Of a stretch of DNA of 29,277 bases, positions 1-8,343 are shown in pieces. Source of the stretch: Acidimicrobiales bacterium (GTDB taxonomy: Bacteria; Actinomycetota; Acidimicrobiia; Acidimicrobiales; JACDCH01). Location: the NCBI GenBank assembly GCA_037724305.1, contig JBBJOU010000001.1, positions 1 to 29,277 of the forward strand, given 5' to 3'. A program made the position numbers and the translations under genes. A model generated the notes under the pieces. It was not told the DNA's origin. It saw nothing but the letters and a program-made list of their open reading frames with translations, and did not search any database. The number at the start of each line of letters is the position of its first letter. Positions within the stretch are counted from its first letter, which is position 1.

Positions 1-2
1 CT

Positions 3-134
3 GCCGGGATTCAGATCGGGCGAGATTTCCTGGCCGTCGGCGACGTCGATGCTCAGATGGGCGGGACGGCGAACGACAGCACGCCGAACGAGGCGCCGTG
101 GGGGTCGGCCAAACAGGGCCGGCCCGGCTGGTAG
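3..134 (+). CDS. Probable 3' end of a gene entering from the left edge (function unknown)
   Basis: Frame 3 reads AGIQIGRDFLAVGDVDAQMGGTANDSTPNEAPWGSAKQGRPGW then TAG at 132-134, with mostly G/C third positions. No motif recognised. Confidence 0.4.
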   Translation, partial: AGIQIGRDFLAVGDVDAQMGGTANDSTPNEAPWGSAKQGRPGW

Positions 135-234
135 CTCGCACGGATCGCCATGACGTCATCGTTGCACGCCGACGAGGACGTCGCCAGCGTCATCGAGCCT
201 TCCGCCGTGCGCCCCGCCGTCGGTCTAGGGACGG

Positions 235-265
235 TTGACAGTTAGTACCCGGGGTGGGCGACAAT
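235..265 (+). promoter_or_regulatory. Candidate sigma70-type promoter for the ABC operon
   Basis: Perfect TTGACA at 235-240 and GACAAT at 260-265, 6 nt before the in-frame ATG at 272. The 19-nt spacer is longer than optimal. Confidence 0.35.
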
Positions 266-271
266 GCGGAC

Positions 272-1315
272 ATGAGCGACGGTGCGTCGGCGCCGGCGGC
301 GCTCGTGGGGGCTACCACCAAGGCCCGCCCCGGACCTGTCTCGGCGACGCCGGGCGAACCGGCCCTGGCCCGTCCCCCCGACATCATCCGCACCACCGGC
401 CTCTCCAAGACCTATCCTGACGGGCGCACGGCCGTCGACCATCTCGACCTGGCGGTGCGAAAGGGCGAGATCTTCGCCCTCCTGGGGCCCAACGGGGCGG
501 GCAAGACCACCACCGTCGGCATGCTCACCACCAGGGTCGTGCCCACGTCGGGGACCGCGCTCGTCAACGGGGTCGACATCGTCGCCGATCCGGCGACGGC
601 CAAGGCGAGCGTCGGGGTGGTCCCCCAGGCCAACACCCTCGACCGCAGCCTCAGCGTCTGGGAGAACCTCTACTTCCACGGTCGGTACTTCGGGCTCAAG
701 GACCGCGCCGCCAAGGCGGCCGCCGACCGGCTGCTCGAGAAGTTCCGGCTCACGGGCCGGGCCACGGCGGCGGTCACCACCCTCTCCGGCGGCATGGTCA
801 AGCGGGTCATGCTGGCCCGCGCGTTCCTGCCCCGGCCGGCGGTGATCTTCCTCGACGAGCCCACCGCCGGTCTCGATCCGCAGAGCCGGCTGGCGCTGTG
901 GGAGATCGTGGGCGAACTGCACGCCGAGGGCGAGACGGTCCTCATGACCACGCACTACATGGAGGAGGCGGAGCGCCTCGCGCAGCGCATCGCCATCATG
1001 GATCGCGGGCGGCTCCTGGCGCTCGACACGCCGGAGCGGCTCCGGCGCTCGGTCGCCTCGGGCCCGGTGCTGGTCGTGGATGCCGAGGGCGATCTCGACC
1101 GGCTGGGACGGGTGCTGCGCCACCTCCCGGGGGTCGTCGACGTCACGCCCGTCGACGGACGGTTGCGGATCCGCCTGGACGGTGCCGCGGGCACGGTTGC
1201 CGCGGTGGCGGCCGCCGCCAACGGCGACGGCTTCTCGCTCCGTAGCCTGTCGGTGGGGGAGTCCAGCCTCGAGACGGTCTTCATCGAGCTGACCGGGAAG
1301 GATCTGCGCGAGTGA
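272..1315 (+). CDS. ABC exporter ATP-binding subunit (DrrA/NodI-like)
   Basis: Walker A GPNGAGKT, signature LSGGM, Walker B IFLDEPT, H-loop TTHY. The ORF opens at GTG 254; ATG 272 is preferred as start. Confidence 0.95.
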   Translation: MSDGASAPAALVGATTKARPGPVSATPGEPALARPPDIIRTTGLSKTYPDGRTAVDHLDLAVRKGEIFALLGPNGAGKTTTVGMLTTRVVPTSGTALVNGVDIVADPATAKASVGVVPQANTLDRSLSVWENLYFHGRYFGLKDRAAKAAADRLLEKFRLTGRATAAVTTLSGGMVKRVMLARAFLPRPAVIFLDEPTAGLDPQSRLALWEIVGELHAEGETVLMTTHYMEEAERLAQRIAIMDRGRLLALDTPERLRRSVASGPVLVVDAEGDLDRLGRVLRHLPGVVDVTPVDGRLRIRLDGAAGTVAAVAAAANGDGFSLRSLSVGESSLETVFIELTGKDLRE

Positions 1316-2148
1316 GCCCACCGCCGGACGTCGCGACGGTGCCGCCTCGGGCCACCTCCACTGGGGCGGTGATGCGCGGGCTGCTGCTGCGCGACCTCAC
1401 CGTGCTCGACAAGTCGCTCGGCGAGTTCCTGCACAACACCGTCACCCAGCCCCTGCTGCTGGTGTTCGTGTTCACCTACCTCTTCCCCCTCATCGGCCAG
1501 GGGCTGGGCGGCGGCACCGACGCGGCATCGTCGAGGTTCGCCAGCCTCCTGCTGGCCGGTCTCATCGCCCAGGCCATGGCGTTCCAGGGCGTGTTCCGGG
1601 TGGCCGTGCCGCTGGCGAGGGAGATCGACGTCACCGGTGAGCTGGAGGGCAGGTTGCTCGCCCCGACGTCGATCTCGGTCCTGGCGATCGAGAAGATCAT
1701 CTTCGGCGCCATCCTCGCCCTGTTCGCCGCCCTGGTCGTCTTCCCGGTGGGCGCGTTCCTGCCGAGCACACCGATCTACCTCGCCGTCGACTGGCTGGTG
1801 CTGCTCACCCTGGTGCCGCTCTCGTGCTTCACGGCCGCCGCCCTCGGGCTCACGGTCGGCACCCTCCTGAAGCCGGAGTCGGTGCCCATGCTGTCGGGGA
1901 CCGTCGCCCTCCCCCTGGCCTTCGGTGGCGCCGTCTTCTACACCTGGGCGTCGCTCGACCCCGTGCCCTGGCTCAAGTACCTGGTCCTGGTCAACCCCAT
2001 CGTGTACATGAGCGAAGGGTTGCGGGCCGCCCTGTTCACCGGCGTCGACCACATGCCGCTCCCCGCCGTCTACGGCGCCCTCTCCGGCTTTGCCGTCGTC
2101 TTCAGCTTCCTCGGCATGCGCGGCTTCAAGCGGCGGGTGCTGACGTGA
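1312..2148 (+). CDS. ABC-2 type exporter permease
   Basis: About six hydrophobic segments and the ABC-2 C-terminal motif NPIVYMSEGLR. GTGA overlap with the ATPase stop. Confidence 0.92.
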   Translation: MSPPPDVATVPPRATSTGAVMRGLLLRDLTVLDKSLGEFLHNTVTQPLLLVFVFTYLFPLIGQGLGGGTDAASSRFASLLLAGLIAQAMAFQGVFRVAVPLAREIDVTGELEGRLLAPTSISVLAIEKIIFGAILALFAALVVFPVGAFLPSTPIYLAVDWLVLLTLVPLSCFTAAALGLTVGTLLKPESVPMLSGTVALPLAFGGAVFYTWASLDPVPWLKYLVLVNPIVYMSEGLRAALFTGVDHMPLPAVYGALSGFAVVFSFLGMRGFKRRVLT

Positions 2149-2155
2149 ACCGGCG

Positions 2156-2593
2156 ATGAGGCGGATCTGGCGGTTGGGCGTCCTGGCGACGGTGGCCGTC
2201 GTCGCCTTCGCGGTCGCCGTCGAGCGCTTCGACGACGCCGCCGAGACCGGCTGTGCCCAACGGGCGCGCGAGGACCCCTCCTACGAGGCGCGCTTCATCG
2301 ACGAGCCGCAGATCGAGGTCCTCACCTACCGCGTGGCCATCACCCGCGAGGGCGAGGAGGTCGAAGGAGCGGACGTCTGCCTGAGCGCGTACATGCAGGG
2401 CATGTCGGCGATGGCCACCACCGGTGCCGGCCGAGAGGTCTCACCCGGGGTCTACGAGCTGTCGCTGACCTTCGAGATGGGCGGGCGGTGGTCGGGTCGC
2501 GTGCTGGTCGCCGAACCCGGGCAGTCGGTGGCCGCCATCCCCCTCACCCTGGAGATCCCGCCCGAGGAAGAGGCGACGGCGCCATCGGGATGA
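2156..2593 (+). CDS. Secreted/membrane-anchored YtkA/FixH-like protein
   Basis: Basic plus hydrophobic N-terminus (MRRIWRLGVLATVAVVAFAVA), Met cluster YMQGMSAM, and GVYELSLTFEMGGRW matching the YtkA-like G-x-Y...M-x-G-x-W pattern. Confidence 0.65.
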   Translation: MRRIWRLGVLATVAVVAFAVAVERFDDAAETGCAQRAREDPSYEARFIDEPQIEVLTYRVAITREGEEVEGADVCLSAYMQGMSAMATTGAGREVSPGVYELSLTFEMGGRWSGRVLVAEPGQSVAAIPLTLEIPPEEEATAPSG

Positions 2594-3348
2594 CCTGCTC
2601 CGGGTCGGCGAGCGAGGCGGGCCCACGGCCCGTTCCCATCGCACTCGTTGCGGCCGAGGTTGCCATCGTCGCGGTCGACCTGGCGAACGAGCAGCTCCGC
2701 ACACCCGAGCTGCTCGCCACCCTCGACGACGTCGAGCAGTCGGTGGCCGCACGATTCGTCCGTCCCGGTGACCGATGCCGCTACGAGGCGGCGCACGTCG
2801 GGCTCCGGGTGGTGCTGGCAGCGTGCGAGCGCACGGGGATGGCCGCGGTCACCATCGTCCGCACCGCCTGCAGGCGGTGCGGTGCGCCCCACGGCAAGCC
2901 CGTCCTGCTCGACCGGCCCGACGTCGGCTTCTCCCTCGCCCGTGCCGGCACCCTCGCGCTCGTCGCCGTCGCCGCGGGACCCGTTGGCGTCGACCTCGAG
3001 CCGGTCGACGGCCGGCCGCCGCCGAACCTCGTCCGCTCCATCTGCACTCCCGGCGAGGTGGGTGCGCTCGAGGCGGCGGGCGCACCGTCGGCGAACGTCC
3101 TGCGGATGTGGACCCGCAAGGAGGCCCTGCTCAAAGCGACCGGCGAGGGTCTGACCCGTGACCCCAGGACCGTCGAGGTCGGGCGGGGCGGGGCAACGAC
3201 CGTCGACGGCTTCCGGGTGACGGACGTCGATGTCGGCGTGGCCGGCTACGTCGCGGCGGCGTCGTGGGCCGGGAGCGCGCCGCGTCGCCTACGGCTCGGC
3301 GCCGTCGTCGTCGACGGGGGACAGCCCTCGTGGGTGATCGACGGGTAG
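2590..3348 (+). CDS. Sfp-type 4'-phosphopantetheinyl transferase
   Basis: Motifs HGKP, VGVDLE and WTRKEALLKATGEGL. ATG at 2590 overlaps the upstream TGA (ATGA). Confidence 0.93.
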   Translation: MTCSGSASEAGPRPVPIALVAAEVAIVAVDLANEQLRTPELLATLDDVEQSVAARFVRPGDRCRYEAAHVGLRVVLAACERTGMAAVTIVRTACRRCGAPHGKPVLLDRPDVGFSLARAGTLALVAVAAGPVGVDLEPVDGRPPPNLVRSICTPGEVGALEAAGAPSANVLRMWTRKEALLKATGEGLTRDPRTVEVGRGGATTVDGFRVTDVDVGVAGYVAAASWAGSAPRRLRLGAVVVDGGQPSWVIDG

Positions 3349-6300
3349 CGGCTCAGCGCCCCTCACCGGCAGCTGCGACACGCGCTGCTGGCGGTCGTCG
3401 ACCACGGCGGCGAGCAGGGCGTCGAGGCCCTGGGCCAGGTACTCGATCGTCGGCTGGTCGTAGAAGTCGACCTTGTAGCTGAACTCCCCCCAGAGTTGGG
3501 CGCCGTCATCGAGGACGGTGACGACGAGCGGGTGCAGGTGGCCCCGGAAGAACAGCTCGTCGGGCCCCTTGTCCGGGCCCGGGCGCTCGACGACCGCCGC
3601 GCCCGGGGTCCACTCGTCGTGCGCGGTGTGGAAGTACTGGAACTCCACCGGGACGGCGGCGAGCAACGCCGGGCCACCCTTGGGGAGGTCGGCCAGGACG
3701 GCCTGGCGGACCCGCATGAACGGGATGTCCTGGTGCTCGAACAGGCCGAGGACGGTGGCGCGTGCCCGGGCCACGACGGTCTCGAAGCTGGGGTCGCCGG
3801 ACAGGTCCGTGCGAATCCGCCCGACACCGTGGAAGCAGCCGACGAGCCCGTCCAACTGGGACTGCTGGCGCCCGCTGAGCGTCGTGCTCAGCACGATGTC
3901 GGTCAGGCCGCCGGCGCGACAGAGCAGGGTCTGCAGCGCCGCGGCGATGACGACGAAGACCGTGCTCTGTGTCGTCCTCGCCAGCTCGCGCAGTCCCGCG
4001 TACAGGTCGCCGGCGACCGAGATCGGTTGCGTCTCGATGCGTCTCGTGGGCTGTTCCGGGATCCGGTCCAGCGGCACCGCCGGACCGAGGGGCATCCCCG
4101 TCAGCGTGGCCTTCCAGTAGTCGAGCTGCGCGTCCAGCAGCTCCTCGCTCAACCAACTCCGCTGCCACAGGGCGAAGTCGGGGTACTGGACGGGAAGCGG
4201 TCGCAGCGTGGGTGCCGAGCCGGCGGCGAGCGCCTCGTAGGCGGCGTCGAGCTCGCTGAGGAAGATGTAGGCGGAGGTGCCGTCGCAGACGAGGTGGTCG
4301 AAGGTGACGGCGACCATGGCGCTGCCGTCGGCGAAGCGGTACGACCGCGAGCGTGACAGCGGGGCACGCGTCAGGTCGAAGGGCGCCGCGTCCTGCTCGC
4401 TGAGCTGTCGGTGGAGCACCTCGTCGAGTTGGTCGGGCGCAACGCCGGTCAGGTCGCAGGTCTGGAGGTCCGCCGGTACGTCGTGTTCGACCCGCTGGTA
4501 CGGGCCGTCGGCGTCGGTGTGGAAGCTCGTGCGCAGCGTCTCGTGGCGCGCCGCGAGGTGCTCGAGCGCCCGGCGCAGGACCGCCTCGTCGACGCCACCG
4601 ACGAAGCGGTGCTGGGCGGTGACGTTGAAGAGACCGGGAGGATCGGCCGACGCCTCCAGCTGCCACATCTGTTGCTGGGAGAGGGTCAGCGGGATACGCG
4701 TCGCGGCGTCGCGCTCCTGCGGCACGAGCGGCGGCCGGTGATCGTGATCGTCGCTGCGCATCGGGGCCACGAACGCCGCCAGGCGGGCGATCGTCGGCGC
4801 CTCGAACAGCGCCCCCACGCCGATCTCGACCCCGAACGCCTGGCGCACGTCGGCGATCACCTGGGCCGCCTGCAGGGAGTGCCCGCCGAGCTCGAAGAAG
4901 TCGTCGTCGACCCCGATGACGTCGATGCCGAGGATCCGCGACCAGACCTCGGCGATCGTCTGCTCGGCGGGGGTCCGGGGCGCCACCCGGTCGCCGGTCA
5001 GCTCGGCGCTCGGGTCGCCCGGCGGTGGCAGCGCAGCCCGGTCGACCTTGCCGTTGGGCGTGAGCGGGAGCCCGGAGAGTCGCACGAAGGCGCTCGGGAC
5101 CATGTACGGCGGTAGCCGGTCGGACAGGAAGCGGCGCAACTGGACGGGCGCGGCGGCGCCGTCGACGGCGGCCACGACGTAGGCGACCAATCGACGCCGG
5201 CCGGGTTCGTCCTCCCGGGCGACCACCGTTGCCTCGGCGACCTCGGGGTGCTGGCCGAGGGCGCGCTCGATCTCGTGGCACTCGATGCGGAAGCCGCGGA
5301 TCTTGACCTGCTCGTCGGCCCGGCCGGCGAAGTCGAGGTTGCCGTCGTCGAGCAGGCGGACGAGATCGCCGGTGCGGTACAGGCGCTCGCCCGGGCGGTC
5401 GGGATCCGCGACGAAGCGCTCGGCGGTCAGATCCGGGCGGTTGAGGTAGCCGCGGGCGATGCCCACGCCGCCGATGTGCAGGTCGCCCACGTCGCCGGCG
5501 GGGACGTCGTTCCCGCGCTCGTCGAGGATCCTGGCAGTCGCGTTGGCGATCGGCGTGCCGATCGGTGGGTCGCCCACCATCGGCTCCGACGCTGACGCCG
5601 GGGGCTCGTAGATGGTGGCCACCACGGTCGCCTCGGCGGGCCCGTAGGCGTTGCACCAGCGCACGCGCCGCCCACCGAGCTCCAGCCACGAGCGGTAGGC
5701 GGACCCAAGGGCCTTCTCCCCGCCGACGATCACGAGGCGGACGCACTTGGGTACCTGCTCTCCGATTGCCTCGAGGTCGCGGACCCATTCGTGCCAGTAC
5801 GCCGTCGGGAGGTTGAGCACGGTGATCTCCATGCGCCGTACCCACTCGAGCCAGGGCCGTCCGAGGACCGGGAGGTCGTCGGGCCGCAGCACCAGGGTGG
5901 CGCCCGACGTCCACGTGGGGAAGATCTCCTCGATGCTGGCGTCGAAGGCGATGGAGCAGAACTGCAGGACTCGGTCGCCAGGCGCCAGCTCGTACAGCGC
6001 GCTGACGGCGACGCTGTGGTTGACCAGCCCGCGATGGGTCAGCATGACCCCCTTGGGGACCCCGGTCGATCCCGAGGTGTAGATGACGTAGGCGAGGTGC
6101 TCGGCCCCCGTCGTGCGCGCCGGCGCAGCCGCCACCGGACCGTCGTCCGCGGTGCCGTCGACATCGACGAGGACGACGTGCCCGCCGTAGGTCGGCAGTC
6201 GCCGGGCGTGACCTTCGTGGGTCAGCAGCACCGGCGGGGCGGCGTCGTCGAGCACCAGCCCGAGGCGCGTCGCCGGGTACGACGGATCGAGCGCCACGCA

Positions 6301-6609
6301 CGCCCCGCCCGCCAGTTGGACGGCGAGCAGACTGACCGCCAGGGCCACCGAACGGTCGAGGAACACGGCCACCACGACGTCCGGTCCGACCCCGTGGTGG
6401 CGGAGGCGGCGGGCGAGCCGGCCGGCCCGTTCGTGGAGCTCGTCGTAGGTGAGCACCACGTCGCCGCCGATCAACGCGACGGCGCTGGGCGTGGCCGTGG
6501 CCTGCGCCTCGAGGAGGTCGGCGAGGGTCGCTTGTTCGGGGAACGGCGCCGGCGGCCCCGCGATCCGGCTGACCCCCGCCGCCGACACCTCCGACCCCGC
6601 CGCGTCCAT
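3289..6609 (-). CDS. Non-ribosomal peptide synthetase, A-T-C architecture, no thioesterase
   Basis: A-domain motifs YTSGSTGVPKG, FDAS, NAYGPAE, YRTGD, KIRGFRIE, LTPNGKVD. Carrier FFELGGHSL (GGHS at 4876-4887). C domain with RHETLRTSF and DHLVCDG (4279-4299). Start is ATG 6609 or GTG 6615. Confidence 0.95.
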   Translation of the reverse strand: MDAAGSEVSAAGVSRIAGPPAPFPEQATLADLLEAQATATPSAVALIGGDVVLTYDELHERAGRLARRLRHHGVGPDVVVAVFLDRSVALAVSLLAVQLAGGACVALDPSYPATRLGLVLDDAAPPVLLTHEGHARRLPTYGGHVVLVDVDGTADDGPVAAAPARTTGAEHLAYVIYTSGSTGVPKGVMLTHRGLVNHSVAVSALYELAPGDRVLQFCSIAFDASIEEIFPTWTSGATLVLRPDDLPVLGRPWLEWVRRMEITVLNLPTAYWHEWVRDLEAIGEQVPKCVRLVIVGGEKALGSAYRSWLELGGRRVRWCNAYGPAEATVVATIYEPPASASEPMVGDPPIGTPIANATARILDERGNDVPAGDVGDLHIGGVGIARGYLNRPDLTAERFVADPDRPGERLYRTGDLVRLLDDGNLDFAGRADEQVKIRGFRIECHEIERALGQHPEVAEATVVAREDEPGRRRLVAYVVAAVDGAAAPVQLRRFLSDRLPPYMVPSAFVRLSGLPLTPNGKVDRAALPPPGDPSAELTGDRVAPRTPAEQTIAEVWSRILGIDVIGVDDDFFELGGHSLQAAQVIADVRQAFGVEIGVGALFEAPTIARLAAFVAPMRSDDHDHRPPLVPQERDAATRIPLTLSQQQMWQLEASADPPGLFNVTAQHRFVGGVDEAVLRRALEHLAARHETLRTSFHTDADGPYQRVEHDVPADLQTCDLTGVAPDQLDEVLHRQLSEQDAAPFDLTRAPLSRSRSYRFADGSAMVAVTFDHLVCDGTSAYIFLSELDAAYEALAAGSAPTLRPLPVQYPDFALWQRSWLSEELLDAQLDYWKATLTGMPLGPAVPLDRIPEQPTRRIETQPISVAGDLYAGLRELARTTQSTVFVVIAAALQTLLCRAGGLTDIVLSTTLSGRQQSQLDGLVGCFHGVGRIRTDLSGDPSFETVVARARATVLGLFEHQDIPFMRVRQAVLADLPKGGPALLAAVPVEFQYFHTAHDEWTPGAAVVERPGPDKGPDELFFRGHLHPLVVTVLDDGAQLWGEFSYKVDFYDQPTIEYLAQGLDALLAAVVDDRQQRVSQLPVRGAEPLPVDHPRGLSPVDDDGAEP

Positions 6610-6635
6610 GATCACTGAGGCTATGGTTCGTGGCC
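6610..6635. promoter_or_regulatory. Candidate bidirectional promoter with overlapping -10 elements for two leaderless mRNAs
   Basis: TATGGT (+, 6622-6627) lies 8 nt before ATG 6636. TAGCCT (-, 6623-6618) lies 8 nt before ATG 6609. Neither start has a Shine-Dalgarno. Confidence 0.5.
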
Positions 6636-7631
6636 ATGGCCGCTGCCGGTGGGACGCGTCTCGTGCTGTTGGGAACCGCCGGCGGGCCGCTCCCGTCGCC
6701 GGTCCGCTCGGGGATCTCCCAGGCGGTGGTCGTCAACGACCGGGTGTACGTCGTCGACTGCGGCACCGGGGTGACCGGGCAGTTGCGGCGCGCCCGCCTC
6801 CTGTCGCAGCTCCACGCCGTGTTCCTCACCCACCTGCACTCCGACCACGCCTGCGACTACTTCAACCTCTTCCTGCTCGGCTGGCCGATCATCCAGCACG
6901 GGCCCCCCGTGCGTGTCTACGGCCCGGGGTCGGCGGGACCGATGTGCGCACTCCCCGAGGAAGGGCCGGACGAGCCGGCGATCCCCCTGGTGAACCCGGA
7001 GAACCCGACGCCCGGTCTGGTCGACGTCACCGAGCACCACGTCAGGGCCAACGCCTTCGACCTCAACATCCGCATGCGGGAGTCCGGGCGCAGCGACCTC
7101 ACCGAGCTGATCCTGGCTGAGGAGATCGGTGTCCCCGGCGACCTCGGGGCCAACCCGTTCGACGTGGCCCCGACGATGGCCCCGATGCTCGTGCACGAGG
7201 ACGACGCCGTCCGGGTCACGGCCGTCCTCGTGCAGCACGCACCGGTGTTCCCGGCGTTCGCCTTCCGGTTCGACACCGACGACGGCTCGATCGTGATCTC
7301 CGGTGACACCGCCCCCTGCGCCAACGTGGTCGCGCTGGCACAGGGAGCCGACGTGCTCGTGCACGAGGTGTTCAACGACGGCGCGCCCGACGAGTGGGAC
7401 GACGAGGAGACGTGGGAGGCCAAGCAGCGCCTGCACCACCTCCTCACGTCGCACACGCCCCTCAGCGAGGTGGGCCAGATCGCCGCCCGGGCCGACGTGG
7501 GCCGGCTCGTGCTCACCCACTTCATCCCCGGTGACGACACGCTGCCCGACGCCCACTGGCTCGGCGGCATCGACAGCAGCTTCACCGGCGAGGTCGTCGT
7601 CGGTCATGACCTGCTCGAGATCCCCCTGTAG
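6636..7631 (+). CDS. MBL-fold metallo-hydrolase, RNase Z/arylsulfatase-like subfamily
   Basis: LLGTAGGP N-terminus, VVDCG, HLHSDH (HxHxDH), SGDT, VHEV, SHT and LTH motifs. Confidence 0.88.
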   Translation: MAAAGGTRLVLLGTAGGPLPSPVRSGISQAVVVNDRVYVVDCGTGVTGQLRRARLLSQLHAVFLTHLHSDHACDYFNLFLLGWPIIQHGPPVRVYGPGSAGPMCALPEEGPDEPAIPLVNPENPTPGLVDVTEHHVRANAFDLNIRMRESGRSDLTELILAEEIGVPGDLGANPFDVAPTMAPMLVHEDDAVRVTAVLVQHAPVFPAFAFRFDTDDGSIVISGDTAPCANVVALAQGADVLVHEVFNDGAPDEWDDEETWEAKQRLHHLLTSHTPLSEVGQIAARADVGRLVLTHFIPGDDTLPDAHWLGGIDSSFTGEVVVGHDLLEIPL

Positions 7632-7650
7632 GGAGCGTCTCGGAACTGCC

Positions 7651-8301
7651 TCACCCGGACAGGGTGTCGAGCAGGTCCTCCATCTCGGGGATCATCGCCT
7701 CCTGCTCGGCCTTGATGGATTCGGCCAGCGCGACGACGTCGGTCTCGTCGCCGTCGCTGATCTCGCGATCGGCCATCGCCACCGCGCCCTCGTGGTGGGT
7801 GATCATGCCCTCGAGGTAGAGCTGATCGAACTCGGCGCCGCTCGCTTCCTCCAGCTCGGCGAACTCGTCCTGGGTGAGCATGCCGTCCATGCGGTCCATG
7901 GTGCTCATGTCCATGCCACCCATGGCGCCGAGCTCTTCCTCGCCGAGCGATTCGAGCAGGGTCTGCATCTCGTCGATCTCGGTGACATGGGTGGCGTCGA
8001 TCTCCTCGGCGAGGGCGACGACGTCCGGGCTCTCGGCGGCGTCCGCCGCCAGGGCGTTCATCGCCACGGCCTGCTCGTGGTGGACGAGCATGTTCTGGAG
8101 GAACTCGACGTCGGGGTCGACGTCCATGCCCTCCTCCATGTCCTCCTCCATGTCCATGTCGCCCATGTCGTCGTCGCCCTCCTCGCCGCCCTCCCCGGTC
8201 GTGACATCGGCACCGGTGTCGACCTCGGGATCGTCGTCGCTCGCGCATGACGCGCCGAACAGCACGATCAGCGCACAGGCAGCTGCAGATATGGGACGCA
8301 T
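7651..8301 (-). CDS. DUF305 (CopM-like) lipoprotein, Met/acidic-rich
   Basis: AGGAGA SD just upstream of ATG 8301. Signal peptide ending FGAS-C (lipobox-like). Two DUF305 repeats (FLQNMLVHHEQAVAM; YLEGMITHHEGAVAM). Confidence 0.9.
   Translation of the reverse strand: MRPISAAACALIVLFGASCASDDDPEVDTGADVTTGEGGEEGDDDMGDMDMEEDMEEGMDVDPDVEFLQNMLVHHEQAVAMNALAADAAESPDVVALAEEIDATHVTEIDEMQTLLESLGEEELGAMGGMDMSTMDRMDGMLTQDEFAELEEASGAEFDQLYLEGMITHHEGAVAMADREISDGDETDVVALAESIKAEQEAMIPEMEDLLDTLSG
8130..8159. repeat. Short coding tandem repeat (CCTCCTCCATGT x2 plus partial)
   Basis: The 12-bp unit occurs at 8130-8141 and 8142-8153. It encodes part of the DMDMEEDMEEGM Met/acidic linker on the minus strand. 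Confidence 0.6.
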
Positions 8302-8343
8302 GGTGTTCTCCTAGCTTTCAGTGCCGACGAAGGTCGCCGGCAG

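Noticed and set aside
3506-6829. 1107-aa minus-strand ORF and other long alternative-frame or antisense ORFs (e.g. 9066-11162, 12746-14920, 14890-16419, 24960-26603)
   Set aside because: They are Arg/Gly/Pro-rich shadow frames of motif-bearing genes, expected in high-GC DNA where stops are rare. They carry no recognisable motifs.
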